The translations under genes were made by a program, and so were the position numbers. The notes below the pieces were generated by a model. The model did not search any database. It saw nothing but the letters and a program-made list of their open reading frames with translations, and was not told the origin of the DNA. Of a DNA stretch of 64,000 nt, positions 63,394 through 64,000 are shown piece after piece. Positions within the stretch are counted from its first letter, which is position 1. Every line of letters starts with the position of its first letter. Location of the stretch: the IMG/VR virus record IMGVR_UViG_3300049001_000044, positions 248,001 through 312,000 of that record; one strand, written 5' to 3'.

Positions 63394-64000
63394 ATGTTCG
63401 CAAAATACGTAACCACTTCTTCGCCTACTCAGGCAAATGTGATCGCTGATATCGCCGCTCTTTTGGCGGGCGCAGCAATTACTGACTTGTCCTCTTCTTG
63501 CGACAAGTCTAACTCAACCCTCTTGAGCACTGTTGCCCCAGGTTGGACCATTACTGACAACAATGCTGGCAGCTCAGGATACATCCTTTCAGCGCCAGAC
63601 CTGGCTGGCAACACCAAGTACGTCAAGCTATTTGCTTCTAATGCAACGTACTTGGATATTCAGGCGTATGAAACCTGGAATTCCACCTCGCACACTGGTA
63701 CTAATCCAACCACCGCACTTGGTGCAGTGTCGACCTCTCCAGGCGTGACAGTAAATGTTGTCAATTACTTTTTCATTTTTGCAACCGCGAGATCATTCAT
63801 TGTTATGGGTGGCGGCTCTAATCCAGCAGGCGGTGGCGGTATTGGTGCATTTGAATTCACGAGAGAAGCAGCTTATCTCCAAGGAACCACCTACCCAGCA
63901 GTATGCGTCGGTATGTTGGCAGGTCTTACCAATAGTAACAAAAACATGAACATTTCACGTACTAAGAATCTCACTGCCGCAGGAGATACTGTACCAACGA
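63394..64000 (+). CDS. Putative virion fibre/appendage protein, paralog B (partial)
   Basis: MFAKYVTTSSPTQANVIADIAALLAG...STVAPGWT...YETWNSTSHTGTNP; open to the window end; SD aagga. Confidence 0.7.
   Translation, partial: MFAKYVTTSSPTQANVIADIAALLAGAAITDLSSSCDKSNSTLLSTVAPGWTITDNNAGSSGYILSAPDLAGNTKYVKLFASNATYLDIQAYETWNSTSHTGTNPTTALGAVSTSPGVTVNVVNYFFIFATARSFIVMGGGSNPAGGGGIGAFEFTREAAYLQGTTYPAVCVGMLAGLTNSNKNMNISRTKNLTAAGDTVPT

Noticed and set aside
1-64000. Alternative genetic code (stop-codon reassignment)
   Set aside because: Standard code gives dense, full-length genes, and TAA, TGA and TAG all end genes at sensible positions

Overview
The window is a 64-kb piece of a large (jumbo-type) T4-related myophage genome. 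The host is Gram-negative, judged from a two-component spanin. About 1-26 kb (+ strand) is a late structural block: gp25- and gp6-like baseplate proteins, a ~2750-aa baseplate/tail protein, a beta-propeller tail protein, a fibre cluster built from a repeated ~65-aa module, i-/o-spanins and an Ig+M23+SLT lysin. About 26-61.7 kb (- strand) holds T4-like replication genes (PolB, clamp, helicase, primase, RNase H, DsbA-like), GroES, nucleases, an RNA-repair/translation set (Tpt1/KptA, two RNA ligases, YqeY, PTH2-like), a glycosyltransferase-methyltransferase fusion and many small ORFs. The + strand resumes at 61.8 kb with paralogous fibre-like genes. The most notable signals are: (i) about ten genes with T4-style capsid-targeting leaders ending in Glu, including an AAA+ ATPase and a 1253-aa RNA-ligase-like putative polyprotein, suggesting a virion-packaged enzyme payload; (ii) a four-copy structured intergenic repeat; (iii) a phage-specific promoter motif YAGTTTTY-N18-TAMAAT; (iv) TAAATA late promoters embedded in or abutting hairpins; (v) a decayed NUMOD3 homing-endonuclease remnant. 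No tRNA, rRNA or CRISPR array was seen. All family calls come from motif recognition by eye, not database searches.
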